NCBI GenBank assembly: GCA_038279365.1
Contig: JAYODI010000113.1
Span: forward strand, 1-14,327
Reading direction: 5' to 3'
DNA length: 14,327 nucleotides
Source: Candidatus Latescibacterota bacterium
GTDB lineage: Bacteria; Latescibacterota; UBA2968
This document shows positions 6,619 to 14,327 of the stretch, in pieces. The notes beneath the pieces were generated by a model. It ran no database searches. It saw only the letters and a program-made list of their open reading frames with translations, and was not told the origin of the DNA. The stretch's first letter is position 1. Every line of letters starts with the position of its first letter. The position numbers were made by a program, and so were the translations under genes.

Positions 6619-7890
6619 TTATGCACGAAAATATGAGCTGGGATTGCCGTGTGGTGGAATGCGGCTAAAGGCATCGTCATTGGCAAGCGTCATGGCAATG
6701 CCCAAAGGTGCGGCATCGGTATCGTCACAGCGCATATTAAATGTGGTGCCTCCCCACCGTGTGCCAACCACCAACACATCAAAACGCGTAAACCGTTCTT
6801 GAATGCGATCAAATGCAAGGTGACCTAAAATGTGGGGTTCAAAACCACGCTCTTCCACCAAGCAACACATCTGCCCGCGTCGATACACCGAACGCGAAGG
6901 CGGTTGAATACACCACGATCCACTTTCTTGAAGCTTACCCCCACCGTGTAGCGTCATATAAACATGATCCATATCCACATCGGTTACCAACAATTCCAGT
7001 GCCACATCTTGTGGCACATCTTTGGGCCAAGGGGGTGTTTCGCCACGCACAATGTCTAACATGTGATAACGAACCAGACGCCGATGAATGGCCTCGGGCA
7101 GTGAAAAACGATCGCCCTTTTGAACGCCCTCAGGTACAATAGATAACATCTCTTCACGTGTTAACCATACAAAGTCTTGATTGTGTGCCAAGCGTTGATA
7201 ATCGCCATCGGGGCGTGTATCAATTTTGCGGGGCAAATCGGTACAGCCCAAGTGCAACACCAGCCCATCTTCGGGATAATGCCAAACATATTTGGTATCG
7301 CGGGAAAAGTCGCCAATTTGAGACACATCTTTTTGCGTGGTGCGGTTGTCCCAATTGCTCAGTGCTTGATGGAGCATTGCAAGCAACTCATCGGGATCGG
7401 CTGTGTGACGCGAGCCCAACAACTCTCCCTCAATGGTTGCTACAAATTGCCCTTGATGACATTCACCGTGATCGGTTTGCGCCATTTTTGCAAGGGCTTC
7501 ATCAAATGAAAGCTTGAACCGGCCTTGTAATGCAATGAGGCGAAAACAGCGGCCTTCTTCGTCATCTTGTCGTTGTAAACTGTTAATATCAATCGCAGCT
7601 GTTACAAACCGTTCGTTTAACAGTTGGATAATGCGTGGGTCAGAGTATGTGCGCTCACGGCGCACAACACCATTGTTTCAGACACAGCCAACGGGGTGGC
7701 CATTCATTGCCCATAAAAAAAGCGGTTTGTTTTCTTGGGCAGATCGTTGACGGGCAGGCCAAAACTCGGTTTCCCACTGAATTTCTGTCCAACGCTCTGT
7801 TTGGGGTTTGGGCAAACATTGGGCAAATACTGCATCAAACGTATCTAATGTTACCTCTGGTGGTGGGTTTTGTATGATATCGTTGTACAT
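6619..7890 (-). CDS. Predicted selenoprotein, thioredoxin-like/SelN-like, 423 aa with Sec at codon 71 (TGA 7680-7678); joins ORF-track entries 7678..7929 and 6619..7665
   Basis: The two ORFs are in the same frame, separated only by TGA plus AAC AAT GGT GTT. Joined reading: ENKPLFLWAMNGHPVGCV-U-NNGVVRRERTYSDPRIIQLLNERFV. RBS AAGGAG precedes ATG 7890; SECIS-like hairpin lies directly downstream of the TGA. Confidence 0.85.
7644..7671 (-). promoter_or_regulatory. Bacterial SECIS-like hairpin
   Basis: mRNA GGUG-U(bulge)-UGUGCGC-CGUGA-GCGCACA-UACU: perfect 7-bp upper stem and a 5-nt loop with GU at loop positions 2-3. There are 18 nt between the UGA and the loop. Confidence 0.75.
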
Positions 7891-7912
7891 CCAATTACTC
7901 CTTTTAAGAAAA

Positions 7913-7985
7913 CTGTCGCAGGTCTGCAAGTCGCAGGTCAGAATCTTTAAGTCTTTGTTTTTTGACCTGCTGACTTGTGACTTGA
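7913..7985. repeat. REP-like palindromic element built from heptamer units (GCAGGTC / GACCTGC), copy A
   Basis: CTGTCGCAGGTCTGCAAGTCGCAGGTCA...TGACCTGCTGACTTGTGACTTG. Related copy in inverted orientation at 10210-10287. Confidence 0.75.
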
Positions 7986-7986
7986 T

Positions 7987-9009
7987 TTATTTATCTTCTA
8001 AAAGCTCTTCGGAATATGCAAACAATGCTGGTGTACCTCCTGTGTGCACAAATACAACCGTTTCATCTGGTCCAATATCCCCTTTTTGTATGAGGTCTAT
8101 TAAACCAGCCATCGTTTTTCCCGTGTAGATAGGCTCCAATAAAATGCCTTCTTTTTCGGCCATCAAACGCACAGCCGCATTGCCTTTTGCAGTACAATAC
8201 CCATATCCTTCTTCACCCACATAGGCACTGGTGTTCTCAATATCAGAAACATCAAATGACAAGTCCACACCCAAAATATCCGACATTTTGTTCAACACAC
8301 TTAAAAAAGCGGTTTGAATATCATAAGACCACACGATTGGGGCAATGCCCATAATGCGTGTGTCTATGCCCAACATTTTTTTGCCAAAAATCAAACCGGG
8401 TTGTGTACAACTTCCCGAGCATAAAATAATGGTTGTTGGTTTTTTACCCAATGCTTCACACTGTTCTAAGATCTCTGCCATACACAATGCGTATCCCATT
8501 GCACCATAAGGACGGTTGGCTTTTTGCATGACGGTGAACGGTTTGCGCCCTTCACGTGTGAGCCGGTTGACCAAAGCATCTTTGGCTTCATCTAAAAGCT
8601 CTTGTGTTTCGACATCGATCATATCTACCGAAGCACCAAACAAATCGTCTAACAAAAGATTGCCTTGTGTTGTGCCACTTTTATGATCTTTCACCATTGC
8701 CAGGGCACAATCTACACCCAGCTTGGCGGCAGCGGCTGAAAGCTGTCGACAGTGATTGGATTGAGAACCTGCCCCACCTATGAGCACATCGGCACCGCGT
8801 TCCAAGCCTTGTGCAATTGTAAACTCCAGTTGCCGTGTTTTGTTGCCACCAAAAGCCAAACCTGTGCAATCATCGCGTTTGATAAAAATTTCGGGACCAC
8901 CCAAGGCCTCGCTTAATCTTGGACAACATTCTAATGGGGTTGGCAAATGCCCCAACTTTACACGTGGTAATTTGCCAATGTGCGCACGTAAATCTAAAAT
9001 GGTCACCAC
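7987..9009 (-). CDS. D-cysteine desulfhydrase / ACC deaminase family PLP enzyme (DcyD-like), about 340 aa
   Basis: PTPLE, KRDDCTGLAFGGNKTRQLEF (PLP lysine), QSNHCR, GILLEPIYTGK, FVHTGG. Start placed at GTG 9009 behind AAGGA; GTG 9006 is also possible. Confidence 0.9.
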   Translation of the reverse strand: MVTILDLRAHIGKLPRVKLGHLPTPLECCPRLSEALGGPEIFIKRDDCTGLAFGGNKTRQLEFTIAQGLERGADVLIGGAGSQSNHCRQLSAAAAKLGVDCALAMVKDHKSGTTQGNLLLDDLFGASVDMIDVETQELLDEAKDALVNRLTREGRKPFTVMQKANRPYGAMGYALCMAEILEQCEALGKKPTTIILCSGSCTQPGLIFGKKMLGIDTRIMGIAPIVWSYDIQTAFLSVLNKMSDILGVDLSFDVSDIENTSAYVGEEGYGYCTAKGNAAVRLMAEKEGILLEPIYTGKTMAGLIDLIQKGDIGPDETVVFVHTGGTPALFAYSEELLEDK

Positions 9010-9214
9010 AAGCCATCCTTTCAATATCTATCCCAATAACACATACCGCATTTGATCACTGCATTTATGGAAAGGGAAATATGATCACATTGCAAGCAAA
9101 ATTATCTCAGGCGCAAGGGATAAAACTTGCGCCCAGGATGCCCTTTGCGTACCTATAATAGGCCTCAACATTTCTTTAAAAACGAAAATCAGCAACATAT
9201 TTCGAGGTGATCTT

Positions 9215-10192
9215 ATGCGTATTTTAATTACAGGTATTACAGGCCGTATTGGTGGCAACTTGGCTGCACAACTTATAGAACAAGGACACCAAGTGCGTGG
9301 TTTGGTGTGGCCTCAAGACCCGCGCATTGAAAAATTTAAAGATTTAGATTTGGAACTGATTGAGGGCAGTTTAACCCATTATGATGATGTAAAAAAAGTC
9401 ACCGAAGGCATGGATGTGATTTACCATTTGGGCGCGGCCTTTCAGGGTGGAGGCCCCTTTCAGGACACAGACTATTTTGACATCAATATTCGTGGCACCT
9501 TTCATATGCTCAAAGCTGCTGAGGAAAACGATAAACTTAAACAATTTATTTTTGCCAGTACCGACGCCCAATATGCCAAATATCCTTTTGAAGGCATGAA
9601 AAAACCCATCAAAGAAGATGAATTGCCCAGCGAACCCACGGGTTGGTATGCGTTGTCTAAGTCGGTGGGGGAAGAACTCTGCAATGGCTATTGGCGTACA
9701 TCTCATTTGCCCATTACCATTTTGCGCTTCAGTATGGTGGTGGGTGCAGGCGAAATTTTAGATTTTCGTCAGTTTTACTTGAGCAAAATGAAAGATCGCC
9801 CCGACTTACAAAATGTGTGGAAAGGGGAAGAACGTTTGCTCTTGCTCAAAGATATGAAAGGTCGCGCTTACAAAAAACACATTGCTGATGTGCGCGACAT
9901 TGTGCACGGCTGTATTTGTGCCTTGGGCAAAACAGAAGCCGCAGGACAAACCATTCAATTGGGTGGCCCACGCCCTTTTACTTGGGATGAAGCCATTCCT
10001 TATTTGTCTCAGCGCTTAAACATTCCTTATCAAGAAGCGATCTTACACGGCCCACCCACTTACTACGAATTTGACCTCTCCAAAGCCAAAAGCCTTATTG
10101 GCTTCAACCCCCAATATGACATCATTCGGATGATTGAAGACGCCATTGCCTACCGCGAAGGCAAAACGATCCATGTCTTACCGACAGAATAA
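9215..10192 (+). CDS. NAD-dependent epimerase/dehydratase (extended SDR), 325 aa
   Basis: ILITGITGRIG Rossmann motif, HLGA, catalytic YALSK, DVRDIV. RBS GAGGTG. Confidence 0.92.
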   Translation: MRILITGITGRIGGNLAAQLIEQGHQVRGLVWPQDPRIEKFKDLDLELIEGSLTHYDDVKKVTEGMDVIYHLGAAFQGGGPFQDTDYFDINIRGTFHMLKAAEENDKLKQFIFASTDAQYAKYPFEGMKKPIKEDELPSEPTGWYALSKSVGEELCNGYWRTSHLPITILRFSMVVGAGEILDFRQFYLSKMKDRPDLQNVWKGEERLLLLKDMKGRAYKKHIADVRDIVHGCICALGKTEAAGQTIQLGGPRPFTWDEAIPYLSQRLNIPYQEAILHGPPTYYEFDLSKAKSLIGFNPQYDIIRMIEDAIAYREGKTIHVLPTE

Positions 10193-10209
10193 AACATATA
10201 ATACCGTTA

Positions 10210-10287
10210 CAAGTCTGCAGGTCGCAAGTTGCAAGTCAAAACCTTGATCGGCTGACCTGCGACCTGAAGACCTGTGACCTGCGACAG
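10210..10287. repeat. REP-like heptamer palindromic element, copy B
   Basis: CAAGTCTGCAGGTCGCAAGTTGCAAGTCA...TGACCTGCGACCTGAAGACCTGTGACCTGCGACAG. Confidence 0.75.
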
Positions 10288-10304
10288 ATTCCAAAGGATT
10301 CCCA

Positions 10305-11069
10305 ATGCCCAATTCAACTGCTGCGTTTTGGCCTCAAGGCATCGAAGGGGCGCTCTCGCTCACCTTTGACGACAATGCGCCTTCCCAACTCAACAATGCT
10401 CTGCCGTGTTTAGACGACAACCACTTAAAAGGCACTTTCTACGTGAACCCTGGTCGTCATGAACGCTGGCAAAGTCAAATTCCACAATGGCAAATGGCCA
10501 GCAAAAATGGCCACGAAATAGGCAATCACACCACGCGTCACCCGTGTTCGTGTAACTTTGGCTTTGGCGATGGCAATTACTGTTTGGAAAAAATCTCATT
10601 GGAAGATATTGCCCACACCATTGACGAAGCCAACCAAGCTTTGGATGCATTGTTTCCAGAACAAAATGGCGACCGCAGTTTTTGTTATCCGTGTTATCAA
10701 TCTTATGTGGGCGCAGGTGTTCACCGCCAGTCTTACGTACCTGTGGTTGCCGAACGATTTAAAGTGGGGCGCGGTGGTGGTGAGCGTGCCAATCATCCGC
10801 AAAAAATAGATCTCTCTTATATTTGGTCCTTTGCGGTTGAAGGCCACTCTGGGCAAGATATGATCGGTTATGTTGAAAAAGCTGTCAAAGAAGGCTTGTG
10901 GGGTGTTATTTGTATGCACGGTGTGGGGGGCGATCATTTGGCTATTGAAACAGACGCTTTTCGCGAACTGTGTGCATACCTCCACAAAAATCGTCACCGC
11001 ATTTGGACAGATACCGTCATCAATGTGGCCAATTACATTATTGATCAACGCAAGACAAGCACGTCCTAA
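10305..11069 (+). CDS. Polysaccharide deacetylase family protein (CE4/NodB-like), 254 aa
   Basis: SLTFDD, GTFYV, GHEIGNHTTRHP, FCYP and a C-terminal MHGV. RBS AAAGGA. Confidence 0.88.
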   Translation: MPNSTAAFWPQGIEGALSLTFDDNAPSQLNNALPCLDDNHLKGTFYVNPGRHERWQSQIPQWQMASKNGHEIGNHTTRHPCSCNFGFGDGNYCLEKISLEDIAHTIDEANQALDALFPEQNGDRSFCYPCYQSYVGAGVHRQSYVPVVAERFKVGRGGGERANHPQKIDLSYIWSFAVEGHSGQDMIGYVEKAVKEGLWGVICMHGVGGDHLAIETDAFRELCAYLHKNRHRIWTDTVINVANYIIDQRKTSTS

Positions 11070-11107
11070 GAAGAGATGGCCCATCTTTTTGCACGGAGGA
11101 ACTTGTA

Positions 11108-12613
11108 ATGTCTCAGCCCAATATCTTGCTCATCATTTCTGACCAAATGGTAGCTCACCTCACGGGTGCCTACGGTCACACTGTTGTGCAAACGCCTGGC
11201 CTCAACAGCTTGGTCGAACAGGGCGTGCGCTTTGACGCGGCCTATTCCCCCTTTCCGCTGTGTTCACCTGCCCGTGCCTGTCTTATGACGGGTTCCTTTG
11301 CAGCCAACATCGGTGCTTATGACAACGCCTCCGAACTCCGCTCCGACATTCCCACTTTTACACATTACCTCACCAACGCCGGTTATGATACCGTACTTTC
11401 TGGCAAAATGCACTTTGTTGGTGCCGATCAACTCCACGGCTTCAACAGACGCCTCACCACCGACATTTATCCCGCCGATTTTCAATGGGTCAAACCCGAG
11501 TGGATCAAATTAAAAGAAGCCAAAGGCGATGGCTACGAAGACATTATGAGCACCCGTGCCACCTACCATTCTAAAAACTATGTGGGCCACACTCTCAAGA
11601 TTGGCACTTGGAATGCGCCTTTAAGTTATGATGAAGAAACCCATTTTCGGGCCTTGGAATATCTGCACGCAATGGGGCAACAAAAAGACCACAAACCTTT
11701 TCTTTTGTGTGCGTCTTACCACCACCCTCACGAACCTTTTTGGTCGCCTCAAAAATATTGGGATCAATATGAAGGTGCCGAAATAGATATTCCAGACCTG
11801 CCCGACAACTTAGATGATACCTATTCTATGATGGACAAATGGCTCAATGCCTATCACGGCACCCGACGCAACGACTTGCGAGATCGCGACGCGCTTTATA
11901 AACTGCGTCGTTCCTATTACGGCCTTGTTTCTTATATGGACAACAAGGTATCTGAACTTTTGGATAGCCTCAAAGAAAATGGGCTTCACGACAATACCAT
12001 TGTCATTTTTATATCTGATCACGGCGATATGCTTTGCGAAAAAGAAATGGTTCAAAAACGCACTTTCTATGAATGGTCTGCCCGTGTGCCTTTCATTGTT
12101 CGTTTTCCCGACGGCTACCAAGCCGGCAAAACCATTGACCAACCTGTTTCCCTCATCGACATTTTGCCCACCTTGTGTGACCTTGCCGACGTAGACGATC
12201 GCCTCCCCTGCGACGGTCAAAGCATTATGCCTCTTATTGATGGTACTGAAACCGAAAATCGCACGGTCTTCTCAGAGGCCTACGAAGCTGTTGCCGCCCC
12301 CTGTATAATGGCCAGAAAGGGCCATTATAAATACGTCCACATTCACGAACACCCGGGCCAACTCTTTGATCTGTCCACCGATCCTGGCGAATGGCATAAT
12401 CTCTTGGGGCACCCAGAAACAGCCGACATTGAAACCGATTTGCGCGCTCAAATTTTCGAAAACTTTGACCCCGCTGAAATTGCCGAAGACAACCTCGACA
12501 GCCTCTACCGCCGTCAAATGATCAACCAAGCCCAGCAAACCAATAACGTCTCGTGGGCGCACACGCCCACCTTCAACCCCAACAAAAATTCGCTCAGCCA
12601 ATACCTACCCTAA
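11108..12613 (+). CDS. betC: Formylglycine-dependent sulfatase, choline-sulfatase (BetC)-like, 501 aa
   Basis: PNILLIISDQ and the CSPAR signature. YDNA...LSGKMHFVGADQLHGF..RLTTDIYPADF closely matches my recollection of BetC. SDHGDM present. The substrate is inferred. Confidence 0.8.
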   Translation: MSQPNILLIISDQMVAHLTGAYGHTVVQTPGLNSLVEQGVRFDAAYSPFPLCSPARACLMTGSFAANIGAYDNASELRSDIPTFTHYLTNAGYDTVLSGKMHFVGADQLHGFNRRLTTDIYPADFQWVKPEWIKLKEAKGDGYEDIMSTRATYHSKNYVGHTLKIGTWNAPLSYDEETHFRALEYLHAMGQQKDHKPFLLCASYHHPHEPFWSPQKYWDQYEGAEIDIPDLPDNLDDTYSMMDKWLNAYHGTRRNDLRDRDALYKLRRSYYGLVSYMDNKVSELLDSLKENGLHDNTIVIFISDHGDMLCEKEMVQKRTFYEWSARVPFIVRFPDGYQAGKTIDQPVSLIDILPTLCDLADVDDRLPCDGQSIMPLIDGTETENRTVFSEAYEAVAAPCIMARKGHYKYVHIHEHPGQLFDLSTDPGEWHNLLGHPETADIETDLRAQIFENFDPAEIAEDNLDSLYRRQMINQAQQTNNVSWAHTPTFNPNKNSLSQYLP

Positions 12614-12648
12614 TCCTATTGCAATCTTCTTCGCCAAGGGCCACCCTC

Positions 12649-12815
12649 GCACAGCGCATGATCCCACTGGCATAGTTGTCACAAAACCACCCCATCTCGT
12701 AGGCCACTGAACCCATTGAACCCACAAACGAGATTTGCGCTGTGCAGCCCCCCGGCACTTGAGGGGCGACTTTTTGCCTACTTTTTTGTTGCTTAAAAAG
12801 TAGGCCGCCGGAGGC
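12649..12815. repeat. Structured intergenic element, probably a dispersed repeat (MITE/REP-like)
   Basis: Stems GCACAGCGCA/TGCGCTGTGC (12649-12658/12736-12745), ATCTCGT/ACGAGAT (12694-12700/12728-12734) and GCCTACTTTTT/AAAAAGTAGGC (12776-12786/12795-12805). Confidence 0.55.
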
Positions 12816-12892
12816 CACAAAACAAAACGTAAAACCGGTTTTCATTCACCCAACAAACCACAATACCCATCCGATTAAGAAAGCGACCCCAA

Positions 12893-14200
12893 ATGCCCAA
12901 CCAACCCAACATCCTCTTCCTCTTCCCCGACCAACTCAGATTCGATTGGATCTCCGGCAACCCTCAAATCCCGGTTCGCACGCCCCACCTCGACCGCCTT
13001 CGTGCCCAAGGCACCACCTTTGCCAAAGCCGTTACCCCCTCTCCTTTGTGCGCCCCTTGCCGAGCCGCCCTTGCCCTGGGCGTTGAATATCACCACAGCC
13101 CTGTTCAAGGCAACGGCGAAAATGTGCCTCTAAACGCACCGACCTTCTACAAGCATTTACGCGATTCTGGGTACCACGTGATGGGGTGTGGCAAATTTGA
13201 TTTGAACAAGGGCGACTGCATTTCTCGCAAACCCGCCTGGGGGCTTGATGGCAAAAAGAATTTACACGCGTGGGGTTTTTCTGATGGCATCAACAATGAA
13301 GGCAAAATGGACGGTGCAAACAGTGGCAAAGAAAAACCGCAAGGCCCCTACCTCCAGTTTTTGGAAGAACGGGGGCTCCGTCAGGTTCATATCGACGACT
13401 TTGCGGCGCGCAACAAAACATCGTCATTTGCTACGCCACTTCCCGACGACGCCTACTGCGACAACTGGATTGGGCAAAACGGATTGGATCTGATTGATTC
13501 CGTTCCCCCAAACAAGCCGTGGTTTCTCCAGGTGAATTACAATGGTCCTCATAACCCGTGGGATATTACCGAATCTATGAAAGCGCTCTACAAAGACGCA
13601 CCATTTCCTGCCCCCAATGCAACCGATGACATCGACCCCGAGGTGCACCAAGACGTGCGCCGAAACTACGCCGCAATGGTCGAAAACATTGATCGTTGGA
13701 CGGGGAAGTTTTTAGACAAGCTCACCGAACGTGGCGAACTTGAAAACACCCTCATTGTCTTTTCTTCGGATCACGGTGAAATGCTTGGCGATCAAAATTT
13801 GTGGGGCAAAACCCAACCCTATCACCCTTCCGTCAGCGTGCCCTTGGTTATTGCGGGGCCACAGGTAAAACACGCGACAACAAATGTGCCCACCACCATT
13901 CTCGACCTACCCGCCACCTTTTTGGATTACGCCAATGTGCCCATTCCTCCAGAAATGGACAGCCGTTCTTTGCGCTCTTTCTTGGAAGGTCAAACGACTG
14001 CCCATCGCAAAGTTGTTACGTCCAGCCTTCGCAACTGGCAAATGGTTTATGACGGGCGTTTTAAATATGTTGAAGGCTTTATCGACACCCCTCAGTTTTT
14101 CGATCTTGAAAGTGACTCGCTCGAAAACAACAACCTCATTACCCACCCCAATGCGGTCGAACAAATTGCACGATTAAAAGCACAACTGCCAAATCCATAA
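12893..14200 (+). CDS. Formylglycine-dependent sulfatase family protein, 435 aa, substrate unknown
   Basis: PNILFLFPDQ, RTPHLDRL, CAPCR signature (CxPxR), GPHNP, ENTLIVFSSDHGEMLG. No signal peptide. Confidence 0.9.
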   Translation: MPNQPNILFLFPDQLRFDWISGNPQIPVRTPHLDRLRAQGTTFAKAVTPSPLCAPCRAALALGVEYHHSPVQGNGENVPLNAPTFYKHLRDSGYHVMGCGKFDLNKGDCISRKPAWGLDGKKNLHAWGFSDGINNEGKMDGANSGKEKPQGPYLQFLEERGLRQVHIDDFAARNKTSSFATPLPDDAYCDNWIGQNGLDLIDSVPPNKPWFLQVNYNGPHNPWDITESMKALYKDAPFPAPNATDDIDPEVHQDVRRNYAAMVENIDRWTGKFLDKLTERGELENTLIVFSSDHGEMLGDQNLWGKTQPYHPSVSVPLVIAGPQVKHATTNVPTTILDLPATFLDYANVPIPPEMDSRSLRSFLEGQTTAHRKVVTSSLRNWQMVYDGRFKYVEGFIDTPQFFDLESDSLENNNLITHPNAVEQIARLKAQLPNP

Positions 14201-14233
14201 ACTTTTGTTTCTGAAGACAAAAAAAATTTATAC

Positions 14234-14262
14234 AAAAAAAATCCTTTATTAAAAGGATTTTT
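14234..14262. terminator. AT-rich hairpin after the second sulfatase, possible terminator
   Basis: AAAAATCCTTT-ATTA-AAAGGATTTTT; weak stem. Confidence 0.5.
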
Positions 14263-14327
14263 CATATTTACATACTAAGTAATACAATATAAAATTTAAA
14301 CGAGATCCAATCCATGACCACTCACCA

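Noticed and set aside
7678-7680. Pseudogene or alternative genetic code as the explanation for the in-frame TGA
   Set aside because: No other gene here has internal TGA codons, and TGA acts as a stop at 536-538. The position in a Cys-containing redox motif plus the SECIS-like hairpin favours Sec. A nonsense mutation is not fully excluded.
7891-7929. Upstream start at 7929 for the selenoprotein
   Set aside because: It lies inside the heptamer repeat; ATG 7890 has a strong AAGGAG RBS.
7987-9009. ACC deaminase (acdS) call
   Set aside because: The diagnostic Glu and Leu of true ACC deaminases (YEGK, HLGG) are replaced by Thr (YTGK, HTGG).
24-14177. Remaining short alternative-frame and antisense ORFs in the track
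   Set aside because: They are shadows of well-supported genes, with no motifs or ribosome-binding sites.
14267-14327. Possible promoter (TTTACA-17-TAAAAT) and gene start at ATG 14314
   Set aside because: The AT-rich context makes chance matches likely, and only four codons are visible before the window ends.

Overview
Bacterial genomic window, standard genetic code, moderate GC. Left part: 3' end of a PP2C/SpoIIE-type phosphatase gene overlapping thiI, then a stand-alone leuA preceded by two complete leucine leader-peptide attenuators in tandem. Next come a long ArsR-family regulator with a repeated operator-like motif upstream, a candidate minus-strand small RNA with its own promoter, a four-way junction and a terminator, and a lipoprotein gene. 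On the minus strand, a D-cysteine desulfhydrase-family gene is followed by a gene that the ORF track splits in two. It reads as one 423-aa thioredoxin-fold, selenoprotein-N-like protein with an in-frame UGA (C-V-U motif) and a well-placed bacterial SECIS hairpin. Right part: NAD-dependent epimerase, polysaccharide deacetylase, choline-sulfatase-like sulfatase and a second sulfatase, with REP-like repeats in the spacers. The strongest unannotated signals are the hidden selenoprotein, the tandem Leu attenuators and the four-way-junction RNA. All calls come from reading the sequence by eye; no database search or folding program was run.
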